Assembly: GCF_001194135.2 (NCBI RefSeq)
Contig: NC_068983.1
Span: forward strand, 55,433,867 to 55,476,534
Direction of reading: 5' to 3'
DNA: 42,668 nt
Source of the DNA: Octopus bimaculoides
Taxonomy: Eukaryota
Positions 23,647-37,400 of this stretch are shown here, piece after piece. How positions within the stretch are numbered: position 1 is the first letter of the stretch; the number at the start of each line of letters is the position of its first letter. The position numbers were made by a program, and so were the translations under genes. The notes beneath the pieces were generated by a model. The model had not been told where the DNA came from, searched no databases, and worked only from the letters and a program-made list of their open reading frames with translations.

Positions 23647-23897
23647 ACATTATTTACATTCGACAGATATCTGTCCTCATCTTGTTTGTTGTTAACACAA
23701 TGTTTCGGCTGATATACCCTCCAGCCTTCATCAGGTGTCTTGAGGAAATTTCGAACCTAGGTTCGAATTCCTAAGGTATTTTTCGATGTTGTTATTATTA
23801 TTATTATTATTAGTGTTCAGGTCATGGTTGGAATCGAACTCGGAATCTTGGGGTTAGTAGCCCGCGCTCTTAACCACTACGCCATATGCCCGTGGGC
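23647..23897 (-). mobile_element. SINE family D (copy 2) with hammerhead motif at 23694-23739
   Basis: A box TGGCGTAGTGG and B box GAGTTCGATTCC. The tail reads GACAC-CTGATGA-AGGCTGG-AGGGTATA-TCAGCC-GAAAC-ATT-GTGTT. Confidence 0.8.
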
Positions 23898-25215
23898 CTA
23901 GTAGGACATAGTCAAAATATAGTAGAATGTATAGTCAGTGCATACTTATAGTATATAGCCTGGATATAAGGCGAATATGAAACATATAAAAAAAATTTGT
24001 TTGGTCCAGGAACTTCTCTCGAATATTCTCTGTTAAGACTTTATCAATATTTTTCTAACGTATTTCCTCTATTACCATAGAAACTATTTACAATTTTCAC
24101 GTAACCTGAATAGAAACAGTAACAGATAAATTGTATGTATATCAGATGTGATATGTGGGTCATACCGTTCGTCAAGTTTGGCGTTATGCTATATTGTCTA
24201 TTCACTTTGTGTACCTTCATAGAAATTGAAGTTGGCAGATGGTTCATTATATTAATTACTTTCCACTGTACTCAATTAGTCTTCATAATAGAGAAAAAGT
24301 TCACCAGAGTTTCATAGAAAGTTCTTTCTGTGAAACTTCATTGAGATATAACGTTGAATTTTCTTGCATTCAGGAATGTTATAAAAAAAAAAAATACTGA
24401 TATTATACATGAATTAGGACAAAATATGTGAAATACTGAAATCTGCAAATTTCAAAGTGTTCCGCCTCCATTTACCATCCCACGTAATTAGATCATTAGA
24501 TTTATCTAACTGTATAAGAAAACATTACTGGGAAATTTGTAACATTAGGCTCCGGTTACTAATTGAAATGCCTCACATTCAATTAACATTTAACAAATTT
24601 TCTGATGTTCAGGAATATGAGTGACTTTTGTTTATCGTATTTTTTACCATTAAAATATTGTCGTTGATATTCTTCTTTTATCTTCTTGTTTAAAAAAGAA
24701 GATGCGTATAACAACGATTTCTAACACCGAAACAATTCAATAAACTTATAACAGGGGTGGGGTATATTCCCTTACATCGACTTACAGGGTATTTCTAGTA
24801 CTTCTTTTAATGACATTAGTGAGAGAAAATAGTGAGTTAACTCCGGTGAGATTTGAACTCAGATCATAAAAGTACAAAAAAAACAATACTTCAAGGAATG
24901 CTTTTCGGTCTGCCACCAAGTCAACTATATCACTGCTTCTTCTGCCTCCCTATGATATTCTAAATGCCTTTATAATTTGACGAATATTATCTTAATTGGT
25001 GGATATTTTGATTGATTTAGCTTTGCGATAAGAAGCTTGTGGTAAGAAGCTTATATTTTCGGTCATAAAAACTACTTCGAATATTATTTTAGCAAGTTTC
25101 AAATGATTTCTTTTGTGCCGTAAACCATTTACCATTTCTGTGGCGCCCTCCCCCACTTACCTTAACTTTCTAAGTACGTGCTTATTTTGTTTAATGGTTA
25201 ATCCAGAGCTGACGT

Positions 25216-25604
25216 TGTTGTTGTTGGCACTCCGTCGCTTACGACGTCGAGGGTTCCAGTTGATCCGATCAACGGAACAGCCTGCTCGTGAAATTAACGT
25301 GCAAGTGGCTGAGCACTCCACAGACACGTGTACCCTTAACGTAGTTCTCGGGGATAATCAGCGTGACACATTGTGACAAGGCTGGCCCTTTGAATTACAG
25401 GCACAACAGAAACAGGAAGTAAGAGTGAGAGAAAGTTGTGGTGAAAGAGTACAGCAGGGTTCGCCACCATCCCCTGCCGGAGCCTCGTGGTGCTTTAAGT
25501 GTTTTCGCTCAATAAACACTCACAACGCCCGGTCTGGGAATCGAAACCGCGATCCTATGACCGCGAATCCGCTGCCCTAACCACTGGGCCATTGCGCCTC
25601 CACA
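25216..25604 (-). mobile_element. SINE family C, full length with 11-bp TSD
   Basis: tRNA-like head GTGGAGGCGCAATGGCCCAGTGGTTAGG...GGTTTCGATTCC and a (CAA)n tail. The TSD AGAGCTGACGT is at 25205-25215 and 25605-25615. Confidence 0.9.
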
Positions 25605-26035
25605 AGAGCTGACGTATAGGTAGAATAAATAAAATAAATGAATTTTCGTCGGTTCTTGAGTGTTCTAATTATTCGATCAATGAATAGAATTGTATATTCC
25701 TTGAATTAACATGTAGATGGCTGAGAATTCCACAGACAAATGTATCCTCAAAGCAATTCTAAGGGAAAATTAGCGTGACATAATGAGTGTGACACAATTG
25801 GACATTTGAATTACAATCCTAATCCTTTGACAGGCTTCCGAACAGTATGCGTCTATCTAGTTTTATTCACAAGATTCGAGTCAACCGGTGGTTATGATTG
25901 AAGGCATTTTCCCAAGATGCAAGGCAGAGGTATCAAACCCGAAATCTCATTACTACAAAGTAATTTATATCTAAGAATAAGATGCCTCAAAGATCAGAGA
26001 TAAAACCGATCGAAACAGTTTAGCAGTAAATATTG

Positions 26036-26246
26036 CTTTCAAATTTTGATACAAGGCCAGCAATTGTGGGGGTGGGATAGGTCGATTACATTGACCTCAT
26101 TGCTCAACTGATACTTATTTTATCGACTCCGAAAGGGATGAAAGGCAAAGTCGACCTCGGCGGAATTTGAACTCAGAACGTAACGGCAGACGAGATACCT
26201 CGAAGCATTTCGCCCGGCATGCTAACAATTCCGCCAGCTCGACGTC
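26036..26246 (-). mobile_element. SINE B
   Basis: Full reverse-complement B consensus. Confidence 0.8.
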
Positions 26247-26736
26247 TTTCCTAGTATTATAGATGATTTATAGATATTCCTGAGCAAGAATTGACAAATA
26301 GTTTTTACATGAAACTAATACGATGTTAAAAAACCGTTAAGAAACTTAGTCGCTCGGTTTCTTTCTTTTATTTTTTTTTCCTAGAAAAATTCACTATTCC
26401 AAGAGAATGTTCTTTCTTTCAGCAAATTGTTTCCACAAACTTAAATATTATGTTAACTTTCGGCAGGAACTAACTCAATAAATAGATAATGATAGGAAAT
26501 GTAGTTTCATAATGTACACCAAAATGTTTTCGTTAATATCCGCTAGAGGTAATTTTAATACGATATCAATACGAGGCTGGCAGCTTGTCATGTTCGTTTG
26601 TTGCTAGACACTTTTATTTAAAGAATGTTTTCAGACATCAGTAGCGGTAACAACTTGTCGGTACATTGGTAGGTGGTTAGGTAGACGCAATTAGTAGCAG
26701 GTTTTGTTGTTTTTTAATCATTATATAGTCTAGAGT

Positions 26737-27165
26737 ATAGGTTCTCAAAGTGGGCTCTACCGCTCTCCGGTGGGCGTTGAGACGGTGCTGGNNNNNNNNN
26801 NNNNNNNNNNNNNNNNNNNNNNNNNNNNNNNNNNNNNNNNNNNNNNNNNNNNNNNNNNNNNNNNNNNNNNNNNNNNNNNNNNNNNNNNNNNNNNNNNNNN
26901 NNNNNNNNNNGGGGGGGGGTTAGAGAAAAAGGAGGCGTTGGGAGGAAGGCAGTGAATTGAGAAACGCTATGAATTTATTATAATATTATTATAGTATTGT
27001 ATATATATTATATAATATTATATTAGGTATCAAACGATTCATAGTATATGTAAATTAGTAAAGTATGAAATATGTATTTATGCATAAAAATAGAGGTGTG
27101 GCGCTGAGGGTATTATGTGGCCATGAGAGGGGTGGGCGGTGGCCCAAAAAGTTTGAGAATCTCTG
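26737..27165. mobile_element. hAT-like MITE remnant(s)
   Basis: Left GGTTCTCAAAGTGGG, with right-end-like TTGAGAAACGCT (about 26960) and AAGTTTGAGAATCTCTG (about 27160). No TSD was found and the region contains a gap. Confidence 0.3.
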
Positions 27166-27370
27166 ATGTACAGCATGTGCTGCCTTGTGCCTAGAGTAGA
27201 AAAGAATATGAACTACTGCTATGCCGCCTTGAAATGTATGTGTACGTGTGTGTGTGTAAGTGTGTGTGTAAGTGTGTGTGTGTGCGCGCACACGCAAACA
27301 CACACTCACACACACATGCACAAAATATATGCAGAGACAGACAGTCAGATACGTATTATGTATGTATGTA

Positions 27371-27407
<37 letters not shown>

Positions 27408-27493
27408 AATATTTAATTAAAAATATTGTATAAATAATTTGTGTCTGAATTAGATTGTTTTCGATTACCTTCCTTGATTTATTAGTCAACTGC

Positions 27494-27545
<52 letters not shown>

Positions 27546-27571
27546 TGATAATAATAATAATAATAATAATC

Positions 27572-27700
27572 TTTTCTACTCTAAGCACAAGGCCCGAAAT
27601 TTTTGGGGAGGGGACCAGTCGATTAGATCGACCCCAGCAAGCTACTGGTACTTAATTTATCGACCCGAAAGGATGAAAGGCAAAGTCGACCTCAGCAGAA
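27572..27700 (-). mobile_element. SINE B 3' half with (AAT)n tail
   Basis: TTTTCTACTCTAAGCACAAGGCC...GGCAAAGTCGACCTC, adjacent to (AAT)n at about 27495-27570. Confidence 0.75.
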
Positions 27701-28007
27701 TCCAGACAACTAAAAATTTTCTTTGAAATGTTCCCCAGTGTAATTGGTGCACTTAGTTTTGTTAGTAAATGCTAAGGTGGTGATTAGGAAAAGCTAATGT
27801 TTTTCAGAAAAAGGAATCTACCAGCAAACTCACACATTATCGATACAGTCTGTAACTAGCAAAGAAAAATATGCAAGAGTTTTCTCAAGTTTAAAATGAC
27901 ATTCTTTTTGTTATCTACATTCCAACAATAGAGTTTTGTGAGAAACCAGCTCCTTGCTGAAGAAACATTTCAAATAATTAAAAATAGAAGGGAACATGCA
28001 ATCATTC

Positions 28008-28047
<40 letters not shown>

Positions 28048-28544
28048 GAACGTGTGTACTTCTAATAATTACACCTGTAACTTCAAACCAGCGAATTCGA
28101 AACCACTAGATCATAGACAGTTAGTGTCTTCAAACATTCTACTTAATACTATGTGATCTCTTCCTGTACAGAAGAGACTTCAAATAAACCCGCATAGTTA
28201 TTCACACACACACACACGCACAATCATATACACTCACGTGCATAGATGCTTAGCTCACATATGTATACCTTTCTGCTTGGAAGCTGAGAAAGAAGAAGGA
28301 AGGAAAAATCAATAGAATATATGATATTATATGTAGGTCTATGTGAAAATATGTAAACGTGGATGCACAAAAATGTACACAAGCACATATACACAAATAT
28401 ATTATAATACATGTATATATTATGCATACATAAACATACATACAATTATATATTATGTATTGTACATTGTATATAATCAATAAATATATATATATATATA
28501 CGCGTATACAATGTAAAGATATACATTCTTTGTAATATATGACA

Positions 28545-28720
28545 TACTAGCAGAGCAACACGGTGTTGCCCGGGAATGAAATTGTTGTTTATATACTGGA
28601 AGGAAAAAAGCAAAATATGCTGTATAGAAATCTGAGAGGACATTCGGTAGATGGACTCTCAGATGAATGATGACCGGGCACCTCTCATGAATTGTAAAAT
28701 TGAAGATGCGCCAAAAAGCC
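28545..28720 (+). mobile_element. Possible non-autonomous Helitron 5' end
   Basis: TACTAGCAGAGCAACACGGTGTTGCCCGGG resembles Helitron-type termini; no 3' hairpin/CTRR was found. Confidence 0.3.
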
Positions 28721-30192
28721 TCATTGGTACTTGGAAACTTTTACGAAAATTAAAATGTGGATTAAATGAAAAAAATGATTTACGTGAATATCCTCACAAG
28801 AGTAATTGAAATAAATTGCGATTGTGGAACCCCTCACGAAAGCACACACGCACGCGCACGCACAGTGTATCACACATAAGATGAAATGNNNNNNNNNNNN
28901 NNNNNNNNNNNNNNNNNNNNNNNNNNNNNNNNNNNNNNNNNNNNNNNNNNNNNNNNNNNNNNNNNNNNNNNNNNNNNNNNNNNNNNNNNNNNNNNNNNNN
29001 NNNNNNNNNNNNNNNNNNNNNNNNNNNNNNNNNNNNNNNNNNNNNNNNNNNNNNNNNNNNNNNNNNNNNNNNNNNNNNNNNNNNNNNNNNNNNNNNNNNN
29101 NNNNNNNNNNNNNNNNNNNNNNNNNNNNNNNNNNNNNNNNNNNNNNNNNNNNNNNNNNNNNNNNNNNNNNNNNNNNNNNNNNNNNNNNNNNNNNNNNNNN
29201 NNNNNNNNNNNNNNNNNNNNNNNNNNNNNNNNNNNNNNNNNNNNNNNNNNNNNNNNNNNNNNNNNNNNNNNNNNNNNNNNNNNNNNNNNNNNNNNNNNNN
29301 NNNNNNNNNNNNNNNNNNNNNNNNNNNNNNNNNNNNNNNNNNNNNNNNNNNNNNNNNNNNNNNNNNNNNNNNNNNNNNNNNNNNNNNNNNNNNNNNGCTA
29401 CCATTGGTTTCATGTTAAAAATAATATCTTAATATCCTTACAGTTTTTCAAGCTGATAACATGGCGGTATGCTGTTTATTTCCAAAATGTGCGTGTGTGT
29501 GAGCGTGTGTGTGAGCGTGTGTGTGTGTGTGTTTGTATTTGTGTGTGTGTGTGAGCGTGTGTGTGTGTGTGTGTGTGTGTGTTACACAATTTCCTTATTA
29601 GTCATTTATCTACCATCGCTTAAAGAATTACTAAATGGTATGCCAAATGCATCACCCGTTTTAACATCATCAGCACATCCTTAAGTACCTTTAGCGCTGT
29701 CTACCTTGTTAAAATCTGTTTTCCCACCTGGTCCACGGTTTTCGGGCAGACACTGAACTGTAAGTATTCTTCGAGTGTCTATAAAAGTCCCGTTCAATGC
29801 TCCTTTCTACATGCAAAACTATTTTAAAAAATTACGAAGTGAGATAATTTCAAGAAATTATGAATTAATTCCTGAAGTGAATTTAGGCGCCTGGGCGAAA
29901 GGAACAGTCTGATCATTGTTTGCCGAGAAGTGGGGACAATCGACAAATGTTACCTTATATTGACTTCGTCAGTTTCAATTTATTTGACAAGGTTAAAGAG
30001 CTAGAAATGTATATCAATGGTTCATGGCCAAATTCAGAGGTAATTCTTTTATGCATGTGAAAGGTTACTCACTGATCTGTAGTCTCGAGTAAACTGTACT
30101 ATACTGACAACAACAACAACAACAACACACATACACAAGCATGCACGCCCACATACGTATGTACAAATGTACAAACACACATGTATGTACAC

Positions 30193-30248
<56 letters not shown>

Positions 30249-31639
30249 ATGCATATATATAAATATATATATATATTCTCACACATGTATATGGATTGAT
30301 TTGGGCACATATGGGCATGTATGTATCTATTTACATACACACAAACAACCATATGTGCGTATGTATGTATGAATGTATGTATGTATCCTACATGTACATC
30401 TATTCTTTTGTTCATCTTAAATGTTAACTAAATATTCACCTGCCGCCAAAACTAATGAGCTACTTTCTCTACTTGGTTTGTTTACATGTCAACATTCTAT
30501 TGTATTCTTCCCGTATTTATAACACTGGGAAACTAATAATAGTTTACCTCTACATTCATTTTTATTCCCGTTTCCTTCTTAGTTTTTATAATTTTTGTTA
30601 TTTTTTTTGTTGTTTTCCCTACGATTTTTTTGTTTCTCTAGAAAAAAAGAAATAGCTCACATTACAACTTCTCTTTCGGTCTTTTGCTTACTTTTATTTA
30701 TTTATCTATTTATTTATTACTTTTTTTTTTGTTCTTTCAATTAGCTCCTCAATTTCTCTACGCACCCAGATATTTAAGGACTCAAACAGCTCTGCTAAAG
30801 TAACACATATCGAGAGTGGATTGAAGCAACGTGAAATGATGTTTTGTGCAAGAACAGAGGAGGCACAATCGTGGTCTTGGAATCAAAACCACGATTTTAC
30901 GATCAGGAGTGTAACACCCTGACCACTAGGCCACACACACACGCGACGGGTTTGCACAGTTTACGTGTACCAAATTTACTTACACGCCACTAGTTAGTCC
31001 GGAGCTATAGTAGAAGACACTTGCTTAATGTCCCGCTTTGTAAGAATGAAACCATGTTTGCGGTTGAATAGCCCTACAACTAGCTTAGATAAGTAGCTTA
31101 GATAAGTGACTAGAAGAAAAACAGAAGAAGCAGATCGTCAACGAGTGAATAGAAAAAAAAAAACAGCCCAATCATATATTTAAGATAACATCTAAAATAC
31201 AGCTACTTCGATATACAGAACATACGACAACCTGTTTAATGCGAAACGAAATGAACTTCATGTTGGCCGTAATCGTATTTCTTTAATTATCAGGTTTTTA
31301 TGTTAAAACCAGGGATTATAAGTCAAGAATTACTTAGTGCAAATTCAAATATATATTATGATAAAAACTAATCCGTATGGCATTGCTACATATATATCCA
31401 GATAAAGAGTTAATTTATATGACTTATGGGGTGTTATATAATTTTGCTAGCTTATTCTGTTTTCACAAGGTGGGGCATGGCATTGATTAAATATTCTACT
31501 GAATTGCATATACAATTTGTCTCTATGTATCTATGGAAATCATTCTTAAAATAACATTTTTACAGGAATGTTTGAGGTCATTACGGCTTACAAGACAACT
31601 CGGATAGTGGAATCGGTATTGTCGTACGAAATTCTTTTA

Positions 31640-31775
31640 TTTCTTGAATTCGAATTCCACCAGAATCGACTTTGCCTTTCATTCTCTTGGGGTTGATAAT
31701 ATAAGTACCAGTTGAGCTCCGAGGTCGATGTAATCCTTAAAATTGCTGGCCTTGTACGAAAATTGGAAACCATTA
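31640..31775 (+). mobile_element. SINE B, partial
   Basis: GAATTCGAATTCC...GACTTTGCCTTTCA...GGCCTTGTACGAAAATTGGAAACC. Confidence 0.65.
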
Positions 31776-31799
31776 TTATCATCAATGAAAGTATTCGCG

Positions 31800-31860
31800 G
31801 CAGCAACAGTAGTAGCAGCAGTAACAGCAGCAGCAGCAGTTGTATTATTATTATTATTAC

Positions 31861-31943
<83 letters not shown>

Positions 31944-32067
31944 AAATTCATGTGGTCGATTGAGTTGAATATGCTCGCCATTAAATTTTTGATCTTATGC
32001 CTAAATAGGAAACTTTCATTTGCTTTTATTGTTGCTGTTATTGTTGTTGTTGCTTTTGCTGCCGCCA

Positions 32068-32099
<32 letters not shown>

Positions 32100-32140
32100 A
32101 CTGCTACTGCTGCTGCTTCTGCTTCTGTTGTTGTTGTTCG
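31800..32140. repeat. Compound trinucleotide microsatellites (CAG/TAT/TAG and GTT/GCT)
   Basis: Read directly from the sequence. Confidence 0.9.
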
Positions 32141-32351
32141 TGCAATAAAAGATATAATTTTCTGTATCTGAATCTGTCTAGTCTCCAGTGGTTGTTTATA
32201 GATATCTTATCACCGACCTCGGGTTACGTGTATTACAAACAAGAGACTGAGTGCTTCAAGCTTTACATTTTTTGCCAATTCTTTGGCTTCCGTCACTCAA
32301 CTGATGAACGTGGTTTTTGTTTTAAATAGGGACCCATAACTTAAGTCCAAG

Positions 32352-32457
32352 CATGTACGTATGCTTAAAGAAGCTCGCTTTGCAGTCACATGGTTTCGGG
32401 GTCACTCCCCGTACCCTGTATGTAAACTTAATAGATGGAAACTGTGTGGAAGCCCAT

Positions 32458-32515
<58 letters not shown>

Positions 32516-32712
32516 TGTGTGTGTGTGTGTGTGTGTGTCTGTCTGTCTTTTGTACGTGCGTGTGTGCGCGTGAGTATTTGTTCTGTGTTTGTCCTCCACA
32601 ACCGATTGGCAATCGGTACTGGTTAGGGGTCAATTTATTCGACTAAGCACTTCAATGTGGTGCCCCAGCATGGCCGTAGTCCAATGATTGAAATGATTAA
32701 AAGATAAAAGAT
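32352..32712 (+). mobile_element. SINE A, diverged and internally deleted
   Basis: Partial head, (TA)n(TG)n and the tail GCCCCAGCATGGCCG...AAAGATAAAAGA. Confidence 0.65.
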
Positions 32713-33487
32713 AACTACTCTCCACTCTCCGCTCTGTCAGCCGTAAATTATATCGTGCAGCAATAGTGAAAGTAGCTTTACAAAAACTATCAAATCTGAC
32801 TCAAATTTATTTCTGTCAAAATCGTTGGTTTTTTACTTGTATTCTTTTGTTCGTTTTTTCTTTTCTCTTTCTGTGTCTCTCCAGTTAATGCTCCCACCAG
32901 AGAAAGCTAATATCTAGACTCACTCTATCAAGCAAGCAAGTTAAACACTATGTCATTTCACTTGTTTATTCAAGGTTTCCTGGTATAAACGATAACCAAA
33001 GGAAATTCTCGGATTTCCTCCCATTACATTATTATATAATAATTTGAAATTATTTGCATGGATTCTTTCAATTAGTAACATAGCTTGACAGCTGGTATTT
33101 CTCTTCTGTTTTTTCTTCTTCTATTCGTATGATAGGACGAGAGTATTTAGTGCCATGAACGATACAGCAATCAACGTTATTGTGCTTGTTAATATATTAA
33201 TATTGTTCGTTGAAATTGTACTATCTGACACGATGTGGTCGATTACATTTTTCGGTTTCACATTATAAGCATTCCTCTCCGCCCGTTTGTTTTTTTCTTT
33301 AGATTTCATTAGTTTATGGTAGACATTATTTTTTTTTTATCCTGACACAACAAGGCCATCAGTTTCTGCTTTTCCCCTCTTAACATATTATCCCATATAT
33401 TTTCGTTCAGAGATGTCTGGTAAATATATATTTGAACGAAAATATACGTTCCCTGTATTCTGAGGTATTATAATTTATTTCTAATAG

Positions 33488-33849
33488 ACGTAGGAGTGGC
33501 TGTGTGGTAAGTAGCTTGCTTACCATGCACATGGTTCCGGGTTCAGTCCCACTGCGTGGCACCTTGGGCAAGTGTCTTCTGCTATAGCCTCGGGCCGACC
33601 AAAGCCATGTGAGTGGATTTTGTAGACGGAAACTGAAAGAAGCCCGTCTTATATATGCATATGTATNNNNNNNNNNCGATGCTGGTATGTTTACGTCCCC
33701 GTAACTTAGCGGTTCGGCAAAAAAAGACCGATAGAATAAGTACTAGGCTTACAAAGAATAAGTCCTGGGGTCGATTTTCTCGACTAAAGGCGGTGCTCCA
33801 GCATGGCCGCAGTCAAATGACTGAAACAAGTAAAAGAGTAAAAGAGTAA
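33488..33849 (+). mobile_element. SINE A, close to the in-window consensus
   Basis: GACGTAGGAGTGGCTGTGTGGTAAGTAGC...GACTGAAACAAGTAAAAGAGTAAAAGAGT, with a small gap inside the microsatellite. Confidence 0.9.
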
Positions 33850-34164
33850 TCCGAAACACTTCATTCATGATGTTTTTCCTATCAGTAACTTCATAATCAA
33901 TCGTAACAGATCCAAACTAATTTGTCTACTTAATCTTCCTTATATATAGATTCAAAATGAATAATAAAAAAAGGTTGTTTGAATGGAGATTGAAAAATAT
34001 GTGTATGTTAAGAGGTTAAACCTAAATTTCATAAATGGTGTGGTGATTCTTGCTAATCTCTGTCAGCGTTTACTTCTCAAATGCAAAAAAGTTTACCATT
34101 TATCTCCCATTTATCAATGTGTAACCTTTTATTAGTCATCTTTTATTTTTTTTTTACCTATTTC

Positions 34165-35070
<906 letters not shown>

Positions 35071-35852
35071 ACAATTTTTTTCCGACTCTTTTTGCTTTCT
35101 TTATCGTTCTCTTTATTTCTAATGATATATATATTCTCACTTACTTCTACTCGCTACCATCTATCTCAGCCTCTTTATTATATTGTGTTACGTTAGTTAT
35201 ATTCTTTTAACTATTTATATATATTACTGCGTCGGTTGTCTACTAAGTACGTCTGGCAGAGTAAAGTAATACTTTTACTGCAGTTTTCTAGAGAATGGTT
35301 TTTAGTGCTGTTTTTGATAGAGTTAAAGAACTAAAACAAATGTCCGAAGAAACTCGTTGCTGTCTGGGTCAGCAAGAATGATAATAGTTTTGACGCGGAG
35401 AAGAAATTGATGTTCCAAGGTTATCTCTTCGTGTGTCCGCGCGCGTGCGTGAATGCGATGTGCGTGTGCGTGTGCGTGTTTGTGTTATATATATATCGAC
35501 AGAGAAGGAAAGGGACAGAGACAGACAGACACACACACACACACACACACAAAGAGAGCAATATTTACATGACCTGCTTCTCTAGTTTTGTCTGAGAGAA
35601 AATCTCCTCTTAGACATGTACTAAAACATAATATCTGTCGAAGCGAAATGAGCATCATCACAGCAGTGGTTCCTGGAAACATTACACGCGTTTCGCCTCT
35701 CTTGAAGATCGTCAATAAGGTGTACCCATCTGTTACACGCCTACGAAATTCTTACCTCGATATGTAAGAAAGAATAAATAATACATTAACTGATACAGCT
35801 GAATGCTTGCTGGGCTGTAAAAACTTCGGTGAATGCAATTTCATATGTGTGC

Positions 35853-35897
<45 letters not shown>

Positions 35898-36450
35898 CGT
35901 ACATGCATATATATATATACACGAACATTCACAATACAATAGGTATGTTTGCTATTTCCCCCCGTTAGGGACTCTTTGTATTTATATTTCCTATTATCTT
36001 TATACTCAGATATTTCTCATTAATCCGCTGTTCCGTCTCTAATGAAGCAACCAGCTAAACACTATGACTCACGTATAGATTTATCTCTTTATAAGAGAAA
36101 TATATGATGGTTATTTAACGACTGCTGTGGCTGTAGCGTGTTTGGCTCAGCACAGTGGCTAAGCGTGTTAGTACCAAGATGAAAAGGAACGTAGCTGAAG
36201 AAGATACTTAGCGCCTCTTATCTCCTAAACGTAGTTAAGTGAGGCTAATACAGTTAATATTTAATGCAAATACATGCAGGCTAACGATAACGAAGAAATC
36301 ATGTGATGGGTTGGGGTTCTAGAGGAATTATAATTCTCAAGAAAGATTAGGGAAACCGTTTTATTTCTTTCCGAAGGTATTTGTGTTCTGAAGCTTTCTT
36401 CCATATCATGGCTGGCGTCGATCGAACAGACATTTCATTAAAGGTTTTCC

Positions 36451-36574
36451 AGAAGTGGCTATGTGGTAAGTAGCTTGCTTGCCAACCACATGGTTCCGGG
36501 TTCAGTCCCAACTGCGTGGCACCTGGGGCAAGTGTCTTCTACTACAGCCTGAGGCCGACCAAAGCCTTGTGAGT

Positions 36575-36665
<91 letters not shown>

Positions 36666-36720
36666 TGTATTTATGTGTCTGTTTCCCCCCACCACCACCA
36701 CCACCATCGTTGGACACTGC
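36451..36720 (+). mobile_element. SINE A head half
   Basis: Head through GTGAGTGGAT, then (AT)n and a short tail remnant. Confidence 0.8.
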
Positions 36721-37033
36721 CTTAATACCAATCTTGAGAAAATAAGCTTCTCAAAACCAGAAAGGAGAAAGCTAATCTGAAGACTACAGTGTGTTACATA
36801 TCCCAAGGCCCCAATATTTACAGGTAAAAACTGAACTTGTAATCTGGATAGAGTAACTACAGATGTATGTATGTATGTTTGTATGTATGTATGTATGTAT
36901 GTATGCATGTATGTATGCGTGTATGTACGTAGTCAATCCAAACAAGAACAAGCAAGAAAAGAACAGCAACTCGAGGACATGGAACAAGTACTGTGTTATT
37001 GGACGCTCAGGAAAGAAAAAAAAAAGAAAGAGG

Positions 37034-37068
37034 AAGTCACGTTTCGAGCGGAGCTCTTCATCAGAAAT
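37034..37068 (-). ncRNA. Degenerate hammerhead-like motif
   Basis: TTT-CTGATGA-A-GAGC-TCC-GCTC-GAAAC-GT-G. The core and stem II are intact, but the triplet is GUG and stem I is unpaired. Confidence 0.5.
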
Positions 37069-37187
37069 ATAGGAAAAGTCCAAAGAAGGGAAGACGGAGA
37101 AAGAAAATCGCCAACGATACACACACGGTCACATATTGGTATGTATGTATAGTGTTGACCAAATGGAAGATAGATAGATAGACATAT

Positions 37188-37223
<36 letters not shown>

Positions 37224-37246
37224 GTATTTAATACGTTGGAAATCTA

Positions 37247-37400
37247 CAGTGCTGGCCAAAAGTCACCGGACAGTAAATCAAAATTCCATAAATACTTAAT
37301 ATTCAATTTTATTTGTTCATTCCAATTATGAATGTTTAATAATTCAATGCCATGGAGTGAAAATCGAGTCAAGCGATAAGAATACAGTTTCAATATATGC
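37247..37400 (+). mobile_element. Tc1-like left terminal fragment
   Basis: TA|CAGTGCTGGCCAAAAG matches the Tc1 TIR start; no right TIR was seen. Confidence 0.5.

Noticed and set aside
23820-23897. tRNA gene
   Set aside because: The acceptor and anticodon stems are incomplete and the head continues into SINE body. The same holds for the A, B and C heads.
24308-24337. 14-bp hairpin AGTTTCATAGAAAG/CTTTCTGTGAAACT
   Set aside because: Too short for a pre-miRNA and has no supporting context.
25163-25210. 48-nt minus-strand candidate exon with strong AAG|GTAAGT donor
   Set aside because: It is open only in phase 2-2, which is incompatible with the phase-0 acceptor at 23267, and no bridging exon was found.
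29700-29830. Roughly 102-nt phase 0-0 minus-strand open segment (KGALNGTFIDTRR...DFNK)
   Set aside because: Weak donor (GTAGAC), no signal-peptide character and no homology; cannot be supported as an upstream exon.
33136-33268. Plus-strand hydrophobic mini-ORF MNDTAINVIVLVNILILFVEIVLS after a pyrimidine tract
   Set aside because: It stops after 37 codons with no convincing donor, lies on the wrong strand for the Argos-like gene, and AT-rich DNA readily gives hydrophobic peptides.
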